Origin: an uncultured Gammaproteobacteria bacterium
GTDB taxonomy: Bacteria > Pseudomonadota > Gammaproteobacteria > JABCZS01
Assembly (NCBI GenBank): GCA_963848305.1
Contig: CAWKDC010000001.1
Span: 96,001 to 160,000 of the forward strand
Direction: 5' to 3'
DNA length: 64,000 bases
In this document: in pieces, positions 33,285 through 43,521 of the stretch
How positions within the stretch are numbered: position 1 is the first letter of the stretch
Layout of the letters: every line of letters starts with the position of its first letter
Notes under the pieces: model-generated
What the model was told of the DNA's origin: nothing
Databases searched by the model: none
Seen by the model: only the letters and a program-made list of their open reading frames with translations
Translations under genes and position numbers: made by a program

Positions 33285-33415
33285 GGGCATTGGACGCGTT
33301 CGGGCCCTCGACGGGTCGCGCTTTGGAGTGGGTTAGGCTCGGATCTGAAGTATCTGGACAGGGAATTGGATTATACTGCCGTTTAGAATACGATGGACTG
33401 CTGGGGAAAAACACG

Positions 33416-34513
33416 ATGGGGGCTCAGCCAGCGAAACTTGGTCCCAGAAAAGTAGGATCGTTGGGTAGCAGGCCGCTGCGAAATTTGGCCGTCGCTGGCC
33501 CTGCCGTCGTTTGGGGCGTGCTTCTTTTAATATTACTCTGCTCACCCCTAGTTTTGGCAACCCAGGAGGGCGGCAACTTTGCGGCCGCGGAGAAGTTGTA
33601 TGCCGCGGGGAAAGTCTCCGAAGCAGAGGCCCTTTATCAAACGATTGGGAGTGAGGATCGGAATTTCGCCCAGGTGCTCCGGCGTCTGGGGGGAATTTAC
33701 TATTTAAGCGGTCGCCTGGGGTTGGCCGAGGAAAAATTCGCCCGTTACGCCAACCTGCAGAACTCAGCCGAAGCCTACACCTTGTTGGCAGGGGTGCAGT
33801 TTGACCTTAAGAAGTTCGATCCCGCCGTAGCTTCGGCCGAACACGCTATTCGTCTCGACCCCAGTTTTTACAAGGCTTTTACCGCGCTGGGGATGATTCT
33901 TGCCGCCGCGGGCGATTGGCCCGGCGCGGAAAAGGCGTACCACGAGGCCCTGCGTTTGAACGAAGGAGACGCCGATACATGGTTCTTAATCGGGCGCGGC
34001 TACTTCTCGCGCAACGACTTCGAGAAGGCCCAGAATGCCTTCGAGGAATCGCTCAAACGCAGTCCACAGCAAGTCCGCAACTATACGAATCTCGCCCTGG
34101 CACTGGAAGCCATGAACCAAGATGATGCGGCAGAAAAAGTACTGCAGCAGGGTACGCAAGTCGGTGAGGCCCAGGGGCGGCCTGATGTCACGGCGGCGGT
34201 GAATTACGGAATTTTTCTCTTGGAGCACGAGCGTAACGCAGAAAGTATGAGTGTTTTGGGCCAGGCCATCAAGGCGTCACCTCAAGATGCCGAGGCCCAC
34301 TACCAACTCGCCCGTTGCCTATTCCGCATGAAGCACTTTGAGGAGGCCGCGGCAGAAGGAGAGGCGTCCGTGCGCCTGAGCGGTCCCAACTATAAAGTGC
34401 AGTATTTGCTGGCACGGATCTACACCGCGCGGGGCGACACCGCGAATGCGGCGCGTCATGCTGAAGAAGCCGCCCATCTTGCCGACCAGAAACTCGCCTC
34501 GAGTAAGGAGTAG
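33416..34513 (+). CDS. Tetratricopeptide repeat protein
   Basis: Multiple TPR units (AFTALGMIL, DTWFLIGRGY, EAHYQLARCL); hydrophobic N-terminal segment. Confidence 0.88.
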   Translation: MGAQPAKLGPRKVGSLGSRPLRNLAVAGPAVVWGVLLLILLCSPLVLATQEGGNFAAAEKLYAAGKVSEAEALYQTIGSEDRNFAQVLRRLGGIYYLSGRLGLAEEKFARYANLQNSAEAYTLLAGVQFDLKKFDPAVASAEHAIRLDPSFYKAFTALGMILAAAGDWPGAEKAYHEALRLNEGDADTWFLIGRGYFSRNDFEKAQNAFEESLKRSPQQVRNYTNLALALEAMNQDDAAEKVLQQGTQVGEAQGRPDVTAAVNYGIFLLEHERNAESMSVLGQAIKASPQDAEAHYQLARCLFRMKHFEEAAAEGEASVRLSGPNYKVQYLLARIYTARGDTANAARHAEEAAHLADQKLASSKE

Positions 34514-34530
34514 CGCCGTCCCGGGAGTCG

Positions 34531-36258
34531 CTACTGGGGTTCGGTCACCGTTAGAATCTGATCGGCCGGGATACTGGTAAGTTCCTGCCGCGCACCGCTG
34601 GGCCAGCGGATTTCCAGGCGTTTGACCACCGCATCGCGTCCCAGTCCGAAATGCACGCGCCGGTCGCTCGATCCGGCATAGCCCACGCTAGTCGTGACGT
34701 GGTTGTACTGGGTCCCACTCTCCGTCTCGACTCTTAACTCGGCGCCAATTCCGTCGCGATTACTGCGCGTCCCGACGGTTTTCACCAGAAGCCAATGATT
34801 TTCCTTGGCGGAGATATTTTGGAGTATTTGCGCCGGCGCTCCTAAGGCGGAAACCGCCAGATCGATACGCCCGTCATTATTCAAATCACCAAAGGCACAG
34901 CCGCGGTGCGCCAGGGGCCGCTCGAAATCCTGACCGGCATCGGCTGAGCCGTCCATGAAGCGACCCTTATCGTTCAGGAAGACCGCGTTGGGTTGCCGGA
35001 AAGGGACATTCATCTGCTCCAGCTCGATTTTGTCGTTCACGTGAGAATTGACCGCCACCAAATCCTTCCAACCGTCATTATTCATATCGTAAATCCCATT
35101 ACTCCACCCGCTCAGGAAGAGGCTCCAGCGCGCGAGCAAACTTGGATGAGTGAAATCGTCAAAGATCCCATGGCCCTCATTATGAAAATAAGAAAAGGTC
35201 TCATTGGAGATTGCGGTCACGAACAGGTCAGGCTGCCCGTCATTGTCCACATCTCGGAAATCGGTGCCCATGTAAGATAGGGCGGCACCGTCACCATTAA
35301 AGGCCACTCCTGCCTGCAGGGCCACTTCGTTAAAAGTGCCGTTACCGTTGTTGTGGAACAGAAAATTACGCGTTGTGTCGTTGGCCACAAAGACGTCCGG
35401 GTAGCCGTCATCGTCGTAGTCGGCGAACGATACCCCCATGCCTTTTCCCAAATGTGCGCGAATACCGGAGGAATCCGAGACGTCCGTAAACGTTCCATCG
35501 CGGTTATTATGATAGAGCATATTGGGCAAGGGCTGAAATTCTGAAGGATGACAGTAGACTCGGGAACCCCTCCGGGAGGCGGAGCAATAGGGATTCTCAT
35601 CGAGATTCCAGGCACAGTAGTTGACCACAAAGAGGTCGAGCCAGCCATCGTTGTCGTAATCAAACCAGCCCGCGGCCACCGACCAGGTTTTTCCTCGCTG
35701 CGGGTCGAGCCCAGCGACGCCGGCGCGGGCAGTAACGTCGGTGAACGTTCCATCGTGGTTATTGTGGTAGAGGATGTTTCGATTCACCCCGGTTACGTAG
35801 AGGTCTTCCCAGCCATCATTGTCATAGTCGGCCGCGGCAACCCCCATCGAGTAGCCTTCGCCTTTCACGCCGGCTTGTTCGGTCACGTCGGTGAAGGTGC
35901 CATCTCCGTTATTTCGGTAAAGACGATTCCAGTATTGTGGCCCGGTCTTTTGAAGTTCAGGAATGTGGGCCCCATTGGCAAAGTAGAGGTCCGGCAGGCC
36001 ATCATTGTTATAGTCGAAAACGGCCACACCCGCGACCATGGGCTCGATCTGATATTTATAGGGCGTCGCGCAATTGTCGAGCACAAAATGCACGCCGGCG
36101 CTTGCGGCAATGTCCTTAAATCTGACCGTAAGAGCTGAACCTGGGGGGGTGGCTTCCCGGCGCGGTGGCAGTGCCCCAAAAGTCAGAATTAGTGCACCCA
36201 CCACAGAAGCTACTAACGTCCAGGTGAATTTTAGTGGCCCGCCGTACCAACGCTTCAT
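34531..36258 (-). CDS. CRTAC1 family protein (FG-GAP/VCBS repeats plus ASPIC/UnbV domain)
   Basis: Repeated DYDNDGWLDL / NNGDGTFTDV; C-terminal SNRDGIGA, VHFGLG, IRWPSG. Confidence 0.95.
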   Translation of the reverse strand: MKRWYGGPLKFTWTLVASVVGALILTFGALPPRREATPPGSALTVRFKDIAASAGVHFVLDNCATPYKYQIEPMVAGVAVFDYNNDGLPDLYFANGAHIPELQKTGPQYWNRLYRNNGDGTFTDVTEQAGVKGEGYSMGVAAADYDNDGWEDLYVTGVNRNILYHNNHDGTFTDVTARAGVAGLDPQRGKTWSVAAGWFDYDNDGWLDLFVVNYCAWNLDENPYCSASRRGSRVYCHPSEFQPLPNMLYHNNRDGTFTDVSDSSGIRAHLGKGMGVSFADYDDDGYPDVFVANDTTRNFLFHNNGNGTFNEVALQAGVAFNGDGAALSYMGTDFRDVDNDGQPDLFVTAISNETFSYFHNEGHGIFDDFTHPSLLARWSLFLSGWSNGIYDMNNDGWKDLVAVNSHVNDKIELEQMNVPFRQPNAVFLNDKGRFMDGSADAGQDFERPLAHRGCAFGDLNNDGRIDLAVSALGAPAQILQNISAKENHWLLVKTVGTRSNRDGIGAELRVETESGTQYNHVTTSVGYAGSSDRRVHFGLGRDAVVKRLEIRWPSGARQELTSIPADQILTVTEPQ

Positions 36259-36514
36259 TGCGGTGGAGCTCCAGGGCGTGGGTTTTGACAGCACAGTTTC
36301 AACAGCAGCAAATCGCTAAGCCTATGCATGGCGGCACATGTCCAAGCCGGGAAAAAGCGCCGAGTGCTGGGTCCTACATACAATTATGTTCTGAGGCCCC
36401 GTGGCCCTATGGTCCCACAGCAATCTTCCTCCGTCAACGCTATCGAATGGTCCGCATGGACCCGCTTCTTGAGTAATCACTTTATCCGCTCAATCTGGCG
36501 GGCGGAGGCGGCAG

Positions 36515-36533
36515 TTCGACAGTCGAATAAAGA
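36515..36533. promoter_or_regulatory. Putative operator TTCGAC-A-GTCGAA followed by TAAAGA
   Basis: Perfect palindrome upstream of the IclR-HTH regulator; near-identical copy at 37764-37782. Confidence 0.65.
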
Positions 36534-36571
36534 GGCGCTATAGTGGACACGACGCGCCCGGGAGGTGGTAC

Positions 36572-37687
36572 TTGGATCAGGATGGCATTGAAAGACGTTA
36601 CTTCGTTGAGGCGGCAGCGAAGGTCTTGGACGTACTGGAGAGCTTTGATACCGGCGAAGACGAACTTACGGTCACCGAAGTTGCGCGGCGCGCTAGCGTG
36701 ACCTACTCTTCGGCATTCCGATTACTGTATACCCTCGAGAAACGCGGGTATGTGATGCGGCGTCTTGGGGGAAAGAAGTTCGTTCGTACCCCGGCCCGAA
36801 AACGATATCGGATCGGGTACGCTGCGCTCGACAACTCGATGAAGTTCTGTGCCAATGTAACGCGGAGCATGGTGTTGGCTGCCCGCAATTATGGTATTGA
36901 CCTGGTCGTGAAAGACAATGAGACGAGCCCACCGAAGACGCTGGCGAACCTCGACAGCCTGCTGGAAGAGGGAATTCATCTGCTGATTGAATATCAGGCA
37001 AACGAGGCAGTTGCGCACCTGATCTCCACGAAATGTCATGAAGCTCAAATCCCGGTCATCGCGGTCAATTTCTCTTTGCCCGGAGCCTATTATTTCGGTG
37101 GAAATAACTACTTGGCAGGCAAATTGGCTGGCCAATTCTTGAGTGAATCTGCCACCGGGATCGCCCAAAAGGGAGCAAACAAATTCCTGATTCTTCCGGG
37201 CAAGGGCATGGGCTCAACGCAGGAAACACGGGTAACCGGTATCCTCGATGGCTTGCGGCAGAGCCTTCCCCGGCTGCCTAAAGCCGACATTCTAACCGCC
37301 GCACCAGGCTTGACAACCCACGATGGTTATCGCGCCACCAAGGACTGGCTTCAACCCCTTGCCGGTTCCTCGAAAAAGATGAAGATATTGATTGCTGCTT
37401 TGACAGATCCTTTGGGCATCGGAGCGGCGCGGGCGATTGCCAAGATGGGAATGGGCGATAGAACATGCATTGTAGGACAGGGGGGCGGCGACGACGCCCG
37501 GCAATACCTGCGGCTGGGAAGATCCTTTAAAGCCACGGTGGCTTATTTCCCCCATACCTATGGCGGGCGTGTGATGCCACTGGCTTTGAAAGTTCTCGCC
37601 GGCGATAAAGTGCCGTTAATCGCCTACACCGATCACGTTGTCCTGACCGAACAGAACCTGCCTGAGTATTATCCCCCTTGCGTGTAG
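36572..37687 (+). CDS. Regulator: IclR-type HTH fused to a periplasmic-binding-protein-like sugar-sensing domain
   Basis: VLDVLESF..ELTVTEVARRASVTYSSAFRLLYTLEKRGYV; GAYYFGGNNY, VAYFP; GGAGG RBS with TTG start. Confidence 0.8.
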   Translation: MDQDGIERRYFVEAAAKVLDVLESFDTGEDELTVTEVARRASVTYSSAFRLLYTLEKRGYVMRRLGGKKFVRTPARKRYRIGYAALDNSMKFCANVTRSMVLAARNYGIDLVVKDNETSPPKTLANLDSLLEEGIHLLIEYQANEAVAHLISTKCHEAQIPVIAVNFSLPGAYYFGGNNYLAGKLAGQFLSESATGIAQKGANKFLILPGKGMGSTQETRVTGILDGLRQSLPRLPKADILTAAPGLTTHDGYRATKDWLQPLAGSSKKMKILIAALTDPLGIGAARAIAKMGMGDRTCIVGQGGGDDARQYLRLGRSFKATVAYFPHTYGGRVMPLALKVLAGDKVPLIAYTDHVVLTEQNLPEYYPPCV

Positions 37688-37721
37688 CTTCTAGATCACT
37701 CCCACCTTGGACCGAGTCCTC

Positions 37722-37782
37722 TTCAAACAGCGAATAAAATGGTCCCTCAATGGTCAACTCATCTTCGACCATCGAATAAAGA
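37722..37782. promoter_or_regulatory. Two further operator-like sites upstream of the catabolic operon
   Basis: TTCAAACAGCGAATAAA (37722) and TTCGACCATCGAATAAAGA (37764). Confidence 0.6.
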
Positions 37783-38012
37783 AGGATATCGGCCTTCACA
37801 AACCTTGACTCGGTCCACCGAAATGCGTATAAGAGGTCGGGGCGATACCGAATTCAAAACTCAAACGTGTGGGGAGCGTCATGGTTATGCGGCTTGCGCT
37901 TTGGTTGTGCGCTTAACTTGGCAAAGTTGCGCAGCGCACGTGGAAATAACCCACCTCTAGCTTCGTAGCGAACCACCCGGCATTGAATCAGGCTACAGAA
38001 GGATGGAAAACG

Positions 38013-39494
38013 ATGAAGCGCGTCGACGGGCTGGAATATGGCAAGGAAAGCTGGCACTTGGACGTGCCGGATGATGCGGTTGTTTTTGAGCATCCGGCGC
38101 CACAACAGGTTCATCTCTCTCTAAGCAATCCCTCCGAGAAACTCCAAGAGACACTTCAACACCCTCTGGGTATGCCGAGACTCGATCAGTTGGTTGACCA
38201 CACTTCGCGTGTGTCAATCACCATGAACGACTGGATGGGCGGCAGCCTTTACGCTGCACCTGCCGTGCTTAGCATTCTTCGCCAGGCGGGCGTGAAGGAT
38301 GGAAACATCCGAATGATGGTAGCAGGAGGGACGCATGCCAAGGTGACGCGGGGCGAGCTTGTGGCTTCGAGGTTGGCACGTTGGATTACTGGCAACAAGC
38401 CGCCCTTCCCGGATGCGTGCCGCATTCTTCCACCTGAATTGATCACTGAATGGTCAGGCGGTCATGAGCGCATCGAGAGGCATGATTCGACGGATCATTC
38501 GCGCCTGGTCAACTTGGGGGTATCCGAGTGTGGCGACTTAGTGGAAGTAAACAAGATCCTGCTGGAAAGCGATTTAATTGTCCACCTGGGCTGGGGACCG
38601 CTGCCGCTGTCGCCTTTCGGGGGGTTCCTGGGGACCGGTTTGGCGATCGGATTATCGAGTGACCGCTCAATCCTGCCTCGCCATTCTCCAAGCCAAATTA
38701 ACCATCCGGATAGCATCGCCGCAGATCCTCATCAGCAACTCTACCAACGGCATAAGCTTGCAGTTATGGACAAGATTGAGAAGTCCATTTCAGCGAAGAT
38801 TTTCTATATCGATCCTTTCATCAATGTGGACGTACAGTTCGCATATGGGTGGTGGGCGGGAAACTGGCGTGAGCTCCGGGAGAAACAGATTGCGGTTGCA
38901 TCGGAAGAGTACGTGGTGAAATTACCACGCGGCGCCGACATTCTAGTTTTGGGTTGCCCAGGGTACATGTTGCACGGGGAAACCTCCAATCCCATGATCG
39001 CTTTAACCCACGTCGCCAACACGATGCGGGGCTATTTACCTCCTAATCCCGTATTGCGAAAAGGCGGAGTCGTAATTATGACCACTCCCGGCAACGGGAA
39101 CTTTGATGAGCGCTATCGGCCCTCGGACCGCGAGGTGCTCGAACATTATGCTCATGTGGGTCGAAATGTTGACGATCTATTTGACCAATATGCGGAAGAG
39201 TACCTCACTCGCGAGGACCTGTTGTATAAATATCGCCACTGCTATGGTTTTCATCCCATCCATCCATTTTGGATTCTGGCATCGACACAGTATGTCTTCG
39301 ATCATGCGTCGAAGGTGATTTATGCGGGGGCGAAAGAATCTGAGATGAGTCGCCAGTTGGGAATAACGGTTGTTCCTGATTTGCAGGCCGCGTGGCAGAT
39401 GGCTGTGGCTGAAACTGGACCTCAACCGGAGGTCACAGTACTTCCCAACTCGTCCAAACGACTATATACGATATTCGATATCGCCGAACCCTAG
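38013..39494 (+). CDS. LarA-family (lactate racemase domain, DUF2088) protein
   Basis: LQHPLGMPRL, VAGGTH, ERHD, LVNLG...VEVNK, ADILV, KGGVVI. Confidence 0.78.
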   Translation: MKRVDGLEYGKESWHLDVPDDAVVFEHPAPQQVHLSLSNPSEKLQETLQHPLGMPRLDQLVDHTSRVSITMNDWMGGSLYAAPAVLSILRQAGVKDGNIRMMVAGGTHAKVTRGELVASRLARWITGNKPPFPDACRILPPELITEWSGGHERIERHDSTDHSRLVNLGVSECGDLVEVNKILLESDLIVHLGWGPLPLSPFGGFLGTGLAIGLSSDRSILPRHSPSQINHPDSIAADPHQQLYQRHKLAVMDKIEKSISAKIFYIDPFINVDVQFAYGWWAGNWRELREKQIAVASEEYVVKLPRGADILVLGCPGYMLHGETSNPMIALTHVANTMRGYLPPNPVLRKGGVVIMTTPGNGNFDERYRPSDREVLEHYAHVGRNVDDLFDQYAEEYLTREDLLYKYRHCYGFHPIHPFWILASTQYVFDHASKVIYAGAKESEMSRQLGITVVPDLQAAWQMAVAETGPQPEVTVLPNSSKRLYTIFDIAEP

Positions 39495-39588
39495 ATGGCT
39501 TTACAAGGTGGACCATGGTACGGCCCCGAGGTCGTTGAGCGATTTTCAGGAGGAGTGATTGAATAGAACGGGGCGGAGGTAAGCACAT

Positions 39589-40395
39589 ATGTCGGTCAAG
39601 GGTAAGGTTGCTGTCGTAACCGGCGGCGGTCAGGGGATTGGGCGAGGAATCGCCCTCCGATTGGCCTCTAAAGGTGCAGACATTGGGATTGCCGACAGGA
39701 ATCTTGAAACAGCGACTGCCGTGGGCGAGGAAATCAGAAAGTTAGGGAGAAAAGCTGTAGCGGTTAAAGTGGACACCTCGGTTTGTTCTGAGATTCCGTC
39801 AATGGTGGAAAGAATGATCCAGGAATTTGGCCAGGTTGATATCTGGGTGAACAACGCTGGGATCATGCAAACGAAAGCGCTGCTGGAAATCACGGAGGAA
39901 GATTGGGACAGAATGATAGACGTCAATGCCAAAGGAACCTTCTTTTGCACTCAGGCGATCGCCAAGCACATGGTCAAGCGGGGTTCCGGACTCATCGTCA
40001 ATATCACCTCGGGTCAGAGAGCGAGGCCCATGGCGGGACACTATGCAGCAAGCAAGATGGCTGTTGATATCGGGACGATGACCGCGGCCCTAACTCTGGC
40101 TCCCTATAAGGTTCGTGTCAACGCCATCGATCCCGGTATTGTTATCACCCCCATGTGGAATCAGATGGACGAGGATCGGGTCCGGCTGTTTGGTGTCCCT
40201 CCAGGAGAGGCGACGAAGAGATGGGTGGCGCAGGTTCCCACCGGAAAGATTACGATCCCCGAAGAGGTCGGGGGAGTTATAGCCTTTCTGGCCTCTGATG
40301 ATGCAGCCAATATTACGGGGCAGATCATTCGGCTAACTGGAGGAACTGACCTAGCAACTTTTGAGAAGTCTCAAGAAAAAGACAAGAAGTCATAG
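39589..40395 (+). CDS. SDR family oxidoreductase (polyol dehydrogenase-like)
   Basis: TGGGQGIG, NNAG, YAASK, VNAIDPG. Confidence 0.93.
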   Translation: MSVKGKVAVVTGGGQGIGRGIALRLASKGADIGIADRNLETATAVGEEIRKLGRKAVAVKVDTSVCSEIPSMVERMIQEFGQVDIWVNNAGIMQTKALLEITEEDWDRMIDVNAKGTFFCTQAIAKHMVKRGSGLIVNITSGQRARPMAGHYAASKMAVDIGTMTAALTLAPYKVRVNAIDPGIVITPMWNQMDEDRVRLFGVPPGEATKRWVAQVPTGKITIPEEVGGVIAFLASDDAANITGQIIRLTGGTDLATFEKSQEKDKKS

Positions 40396-40476
40396 TGTAA
40401 ATTTCCCTTGGACGTCGTCAAGGGTGGATTTGAAGTGAAATTCGGTCTTTGGGGCTGCCAAGCCCGGGGTGATTTG

Positions 40477-40932
40477 ATGATTAAAGGAATGCATCACGCA
40501 AACGTCGTGGTCTCCGACATGGAAAGAACCAAGAAGTTCTATACGGAAGTTCTCGGTTTCGCGATAGCGCTCGAGGCCTCCATCGACGACATGGAATTCG
40601 CTCGTGGCGTGGGTTCTCCAGGAACCAAGGTTCAGGCTACGTTCTTTGCTGTGCCCGGAACCCCCACTTTGATCGAGACGTTTCAATTCTTGAGTCCATC
40701 GAGCCGACCGGTAGCCGCGGATTCCAAACCTACCGACATGGGGGTGGGCCACATCTGCTTTGAAGTGGATGACATCGACAGGACCTACCAGGAGCTTCGC
40801 AGCAAAGGTGTCGAGTTCGCTTCGACTCCCGTTACGATTTCTCCCGATCATCCAAAGGCAGGGGGAATTCGGTGGTGTTACTTTTACGGTCCCGACGGAG
40901 AGCGTTTGGAAATCCTTCAGGCGCCCAAATAA
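40477..40932 (+). CDS. VOC/glyoxalase family protein (epimerase-like)
   Basis: HHANVVVSDME, GHICFEVDDID, YGPDGERLE. Confidence 0.9.
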   Translation: MIKGMHHANVVVSDMERTKKFYTEVLGFAIALEASIDDMEFARGVGSPGTKVQATFFAVPGTPTLIETFQFLSPSSRPVAADSKPTDMGVGHICFEVDDIDRTYQELRSKGVEFASTPVTISPDHPKAGGIRWCYFYGPDGERLEILQAPK

Positions 40933-40977
40933 GTTCGATCGAGTAGCTATCTTGGGTAATCGCGGAGTTCACCGACG

Positions 40978-42066
40978 ATGCCAATAAAAATTGGCGTTAT
41001 AGGAATTGGCTGGTGGGCAGTAGAGAACCACATCCCTATGCTCCAGGCCCTGCCTGACGTGGAAGTAACCTCCATCTGCGGGATCGGGCAGGAAAAACTC
41101 AAGAGTGTTCGGGAGCGATTTGGAATTCGTGTCGGCACAGAAGATTATCGGGAACTTCTGAATGAAGAAAGGCTGGACGGAGTGGTGGTGAGCTCCCCAC
41201 ATCAGTTCCACTATGAACACAGCACCGCAGCGCTGGAGCGTGGAATCCACGTGCTCTGTGAAAAGCCAATGACGTTGAGAGCGTCAGACGCGAATCGCAT
41301 GGTGGAATTAGTCGAATCAAAGCGGCTACACTTCTTGATTCCCTACGGATGGAGCTATACAGACTTTGCAAGTTTTGCGCGCGAGCAGGTTCTGGGGGGA
41401 AGAATCGGAAAAATCGAGCAGGTACACTGTTATATGGCGACAGCGACCCGTGAAATCTTCAGTGGGGTTGGCGCATGGTTCACGGCAGAGGCCGTTCTCA
41501 AACCGGAGACGGCCACTTGGAGTGATCCGGCCGTGGGCGGAGGATTTGCTCACGGGCAACTCACTCATCTTCTGGGGTTATTGCTTTGGATTACGGAGCT
41601 CGAGCCAGTTGAGGTGTTTGCGTTTGTCGGAAGGTCCGTAACGGGTGCCGACGTGTTTGATTCATTCGTTTGCCGTTTCAAAGGAGGTATTACGGGAACC
41701 ATAAGCGGCACCGGTGCTCTGCCTCCACCCTCACCCCACGAGCTAGATATAAGGATTTTTGGAAGCGAAGGGATGCTCCATTTGGATATCGAAAGGCCAA
41801 GACTCGAAGTGCGGCGCGGCGACGGGCATAACTACTCTCTCCCCATGAGCATTAGGTCTGGGTTCTACGCGTGTCTTGAACCTCTACGAGTTTTCGTGGA
41901 CTTGATAAAAGGTAAGCCTGTGGAGAACCGGTCACCGGCTTGGTTAGGAGCCCGGGTCGTGGGGATTCTTGAGGCGAGCCTTCGCTCGGCCGCCACGGGT
42001 AGGCCGGAGGTTGTATATCGCCCTCCAAGGATTGCAGAAGATCGGATGGTGATGCCAGGAAGCTGA
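40978..42066 (+). CDS. Gfo/Idh/MocA family oxidoreductase
   Basis: IGVIGIG, SSPHQFH, HVLCEKP, GQLTH. Confidence 0.92.
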   Translation: MPIKIGVIGIGWWAVENHIPMLQALPDVEVTSICGIGQEKLKSVRERFGIRVGTEDYRELLNEERLDGVVVSSPHQFHYEHSTAALERGIHVLCEKPMTLRASDANRMVELVESKRLHFLIPYGWSYTDFASFAREQVLGGRIGKIEQVHCYMATATREIFSGVGAWFTAEAVLKPETATWSDPAVGGGFAHGQLTHLLGLLLWITELEPVEVFAFVGRSVTGADVFDSFVCRFKGGITGTISGTGALPPPSPHELDIRIFGSEGMLHLDIERPRLEVRRGDGHNYSLPMSIRSGFYACLEPLRVFVDLIKGKPVENRSPAWLGARVVGILEASLRSAATGRPEVVYRPPRIAEDRMVMPGS

Positions 42067-42356
42067 GCAGCCGTTTTAGTCGTCGGAAAGAGAAATCCTC
42101 CCAGTACGCCTTTTTATACTGTTTTTTGCGTCGGGCTAGCGATAGCGAAGAGTGTTTCGTTGCCGCACAGGAGGGTAGGCGAATAAGAGAGACCAAGTGC
42201 GCATGGGTTCGGTGCGTGAAGGGATTCATTGGGTGGGCCACTTACGGTTCGGCTGGATTGCCCTACTGAAGTCCTCACGAAATGTCGCCCCAGGCACGAG
42301 CACAGATCCCAAGGCCAACGGTAGTACAGACTCCCAAATTTACAAGGAGGTCGTCG

Positions 42357-43521
42357 ATGAAGGAATGTGTGAAAGTTTTCCTCTCCATCGTTTTTTGTAC
42401 CGGTGCCCTTTTGCTTTCGAGCGCGACCGAGGCATTGGCCCAGACGAGCACGGGAACCGTTCTTGGCGTTGTGTCAGACCAGTCGGGGGGTGCCGTTCCG
42501 GACGCGGAAGTGGCACTTGTATCGACAACGACGGGTGTTAAGCGCACGACTGAGTCTCTCCAAACTGGAAACTACGAGTTTCCCTTGGTGGCGCCGGATA
42601 CGTATCAACTCACGGTAACCAAGTCAGGTTTCAGCACAGCCGCCTTCAACAATGTTGTCGTAAGAGTTAACGAGACGTTCACCCAAAACGTGGAAATGAG
42701 CGTTGGCAGTACAACGCAGCAAGTTACGGTCACGGCGGATGTGGCGAAGGTTGATACGAGCACGGCGACGCTGGGGGCCGTTACGGGGTATACCCAGATC
42801 ACCACTCTTCCCATTCTGGGCCGGAGTTTCCTCGCGCTAGCGACACTTTCCGCCGGGACGGTGGTCGATTATCCGGGAAGCTGGACGGGCACTTTCTCGG
42901 GCGGCCGGTCGGATATGGCGGTTGGCGTTTCGGGCGCCCAGGATTTCTTCACCACCAACCTGATCGACGGAGTGCCGACCAAGAGTCCGGAGTATGGCGG
43001 CATTGGGTACCAATTACCCCTGGAGATGATCGACGAATTTAACATCCAGCGTGGCTATTACTCCGCCAAATACCCGGGACCGGGCGTGGTCAACATCGCG
43101 AGCCGCTCGGGAGCGAATCAAATTCATGGCGTTGCCTGGGAAACCATCCGCAACAACGTCTTGGACTCGCGCAGCTTTTTCGATCAGAACATACCTCCCT
43201 TGCGGCAGAACCACTTCGGCGGGGCGTTCGGTGGAGCGATCAAGAAGGACAAACTCTTCTATTTTGGCAATGTACAATTTGTCCGCGACGTGATCGGGAG
43301 CACGCTCCTGGGATCTGTGCCCACGGCCTCCGAGTTGCAGGGAAACCTCTGCGATATCCCCGCCATCTCGCTCACCAATCCATTCACTGGCGGAGCTCTG
43401 TCATGTGTTATTCCCCAGGGCAATTTCGATCCGTTTGCCACGAAATTCATCGCCTTGGGATCCAGGGCCATTCCGCCCCCCACAACGTCGGGTCCGGCAG
43501 GAAGCATCAATCGTATCATCA
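42357..43521 (+). CDS. TonB-dependent receptor (carboxypeptidase-regulatory N-domain, Oar-like), truncated at the junction
   Basis: AAGGAGG RBS, signal peptide, TGTVLGVVSDQSGG, SGANQIHG, RQNHFGG, KDKLFYF; only about 390 aa of a type normally above 1000 aa. Confidence 0.88.
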
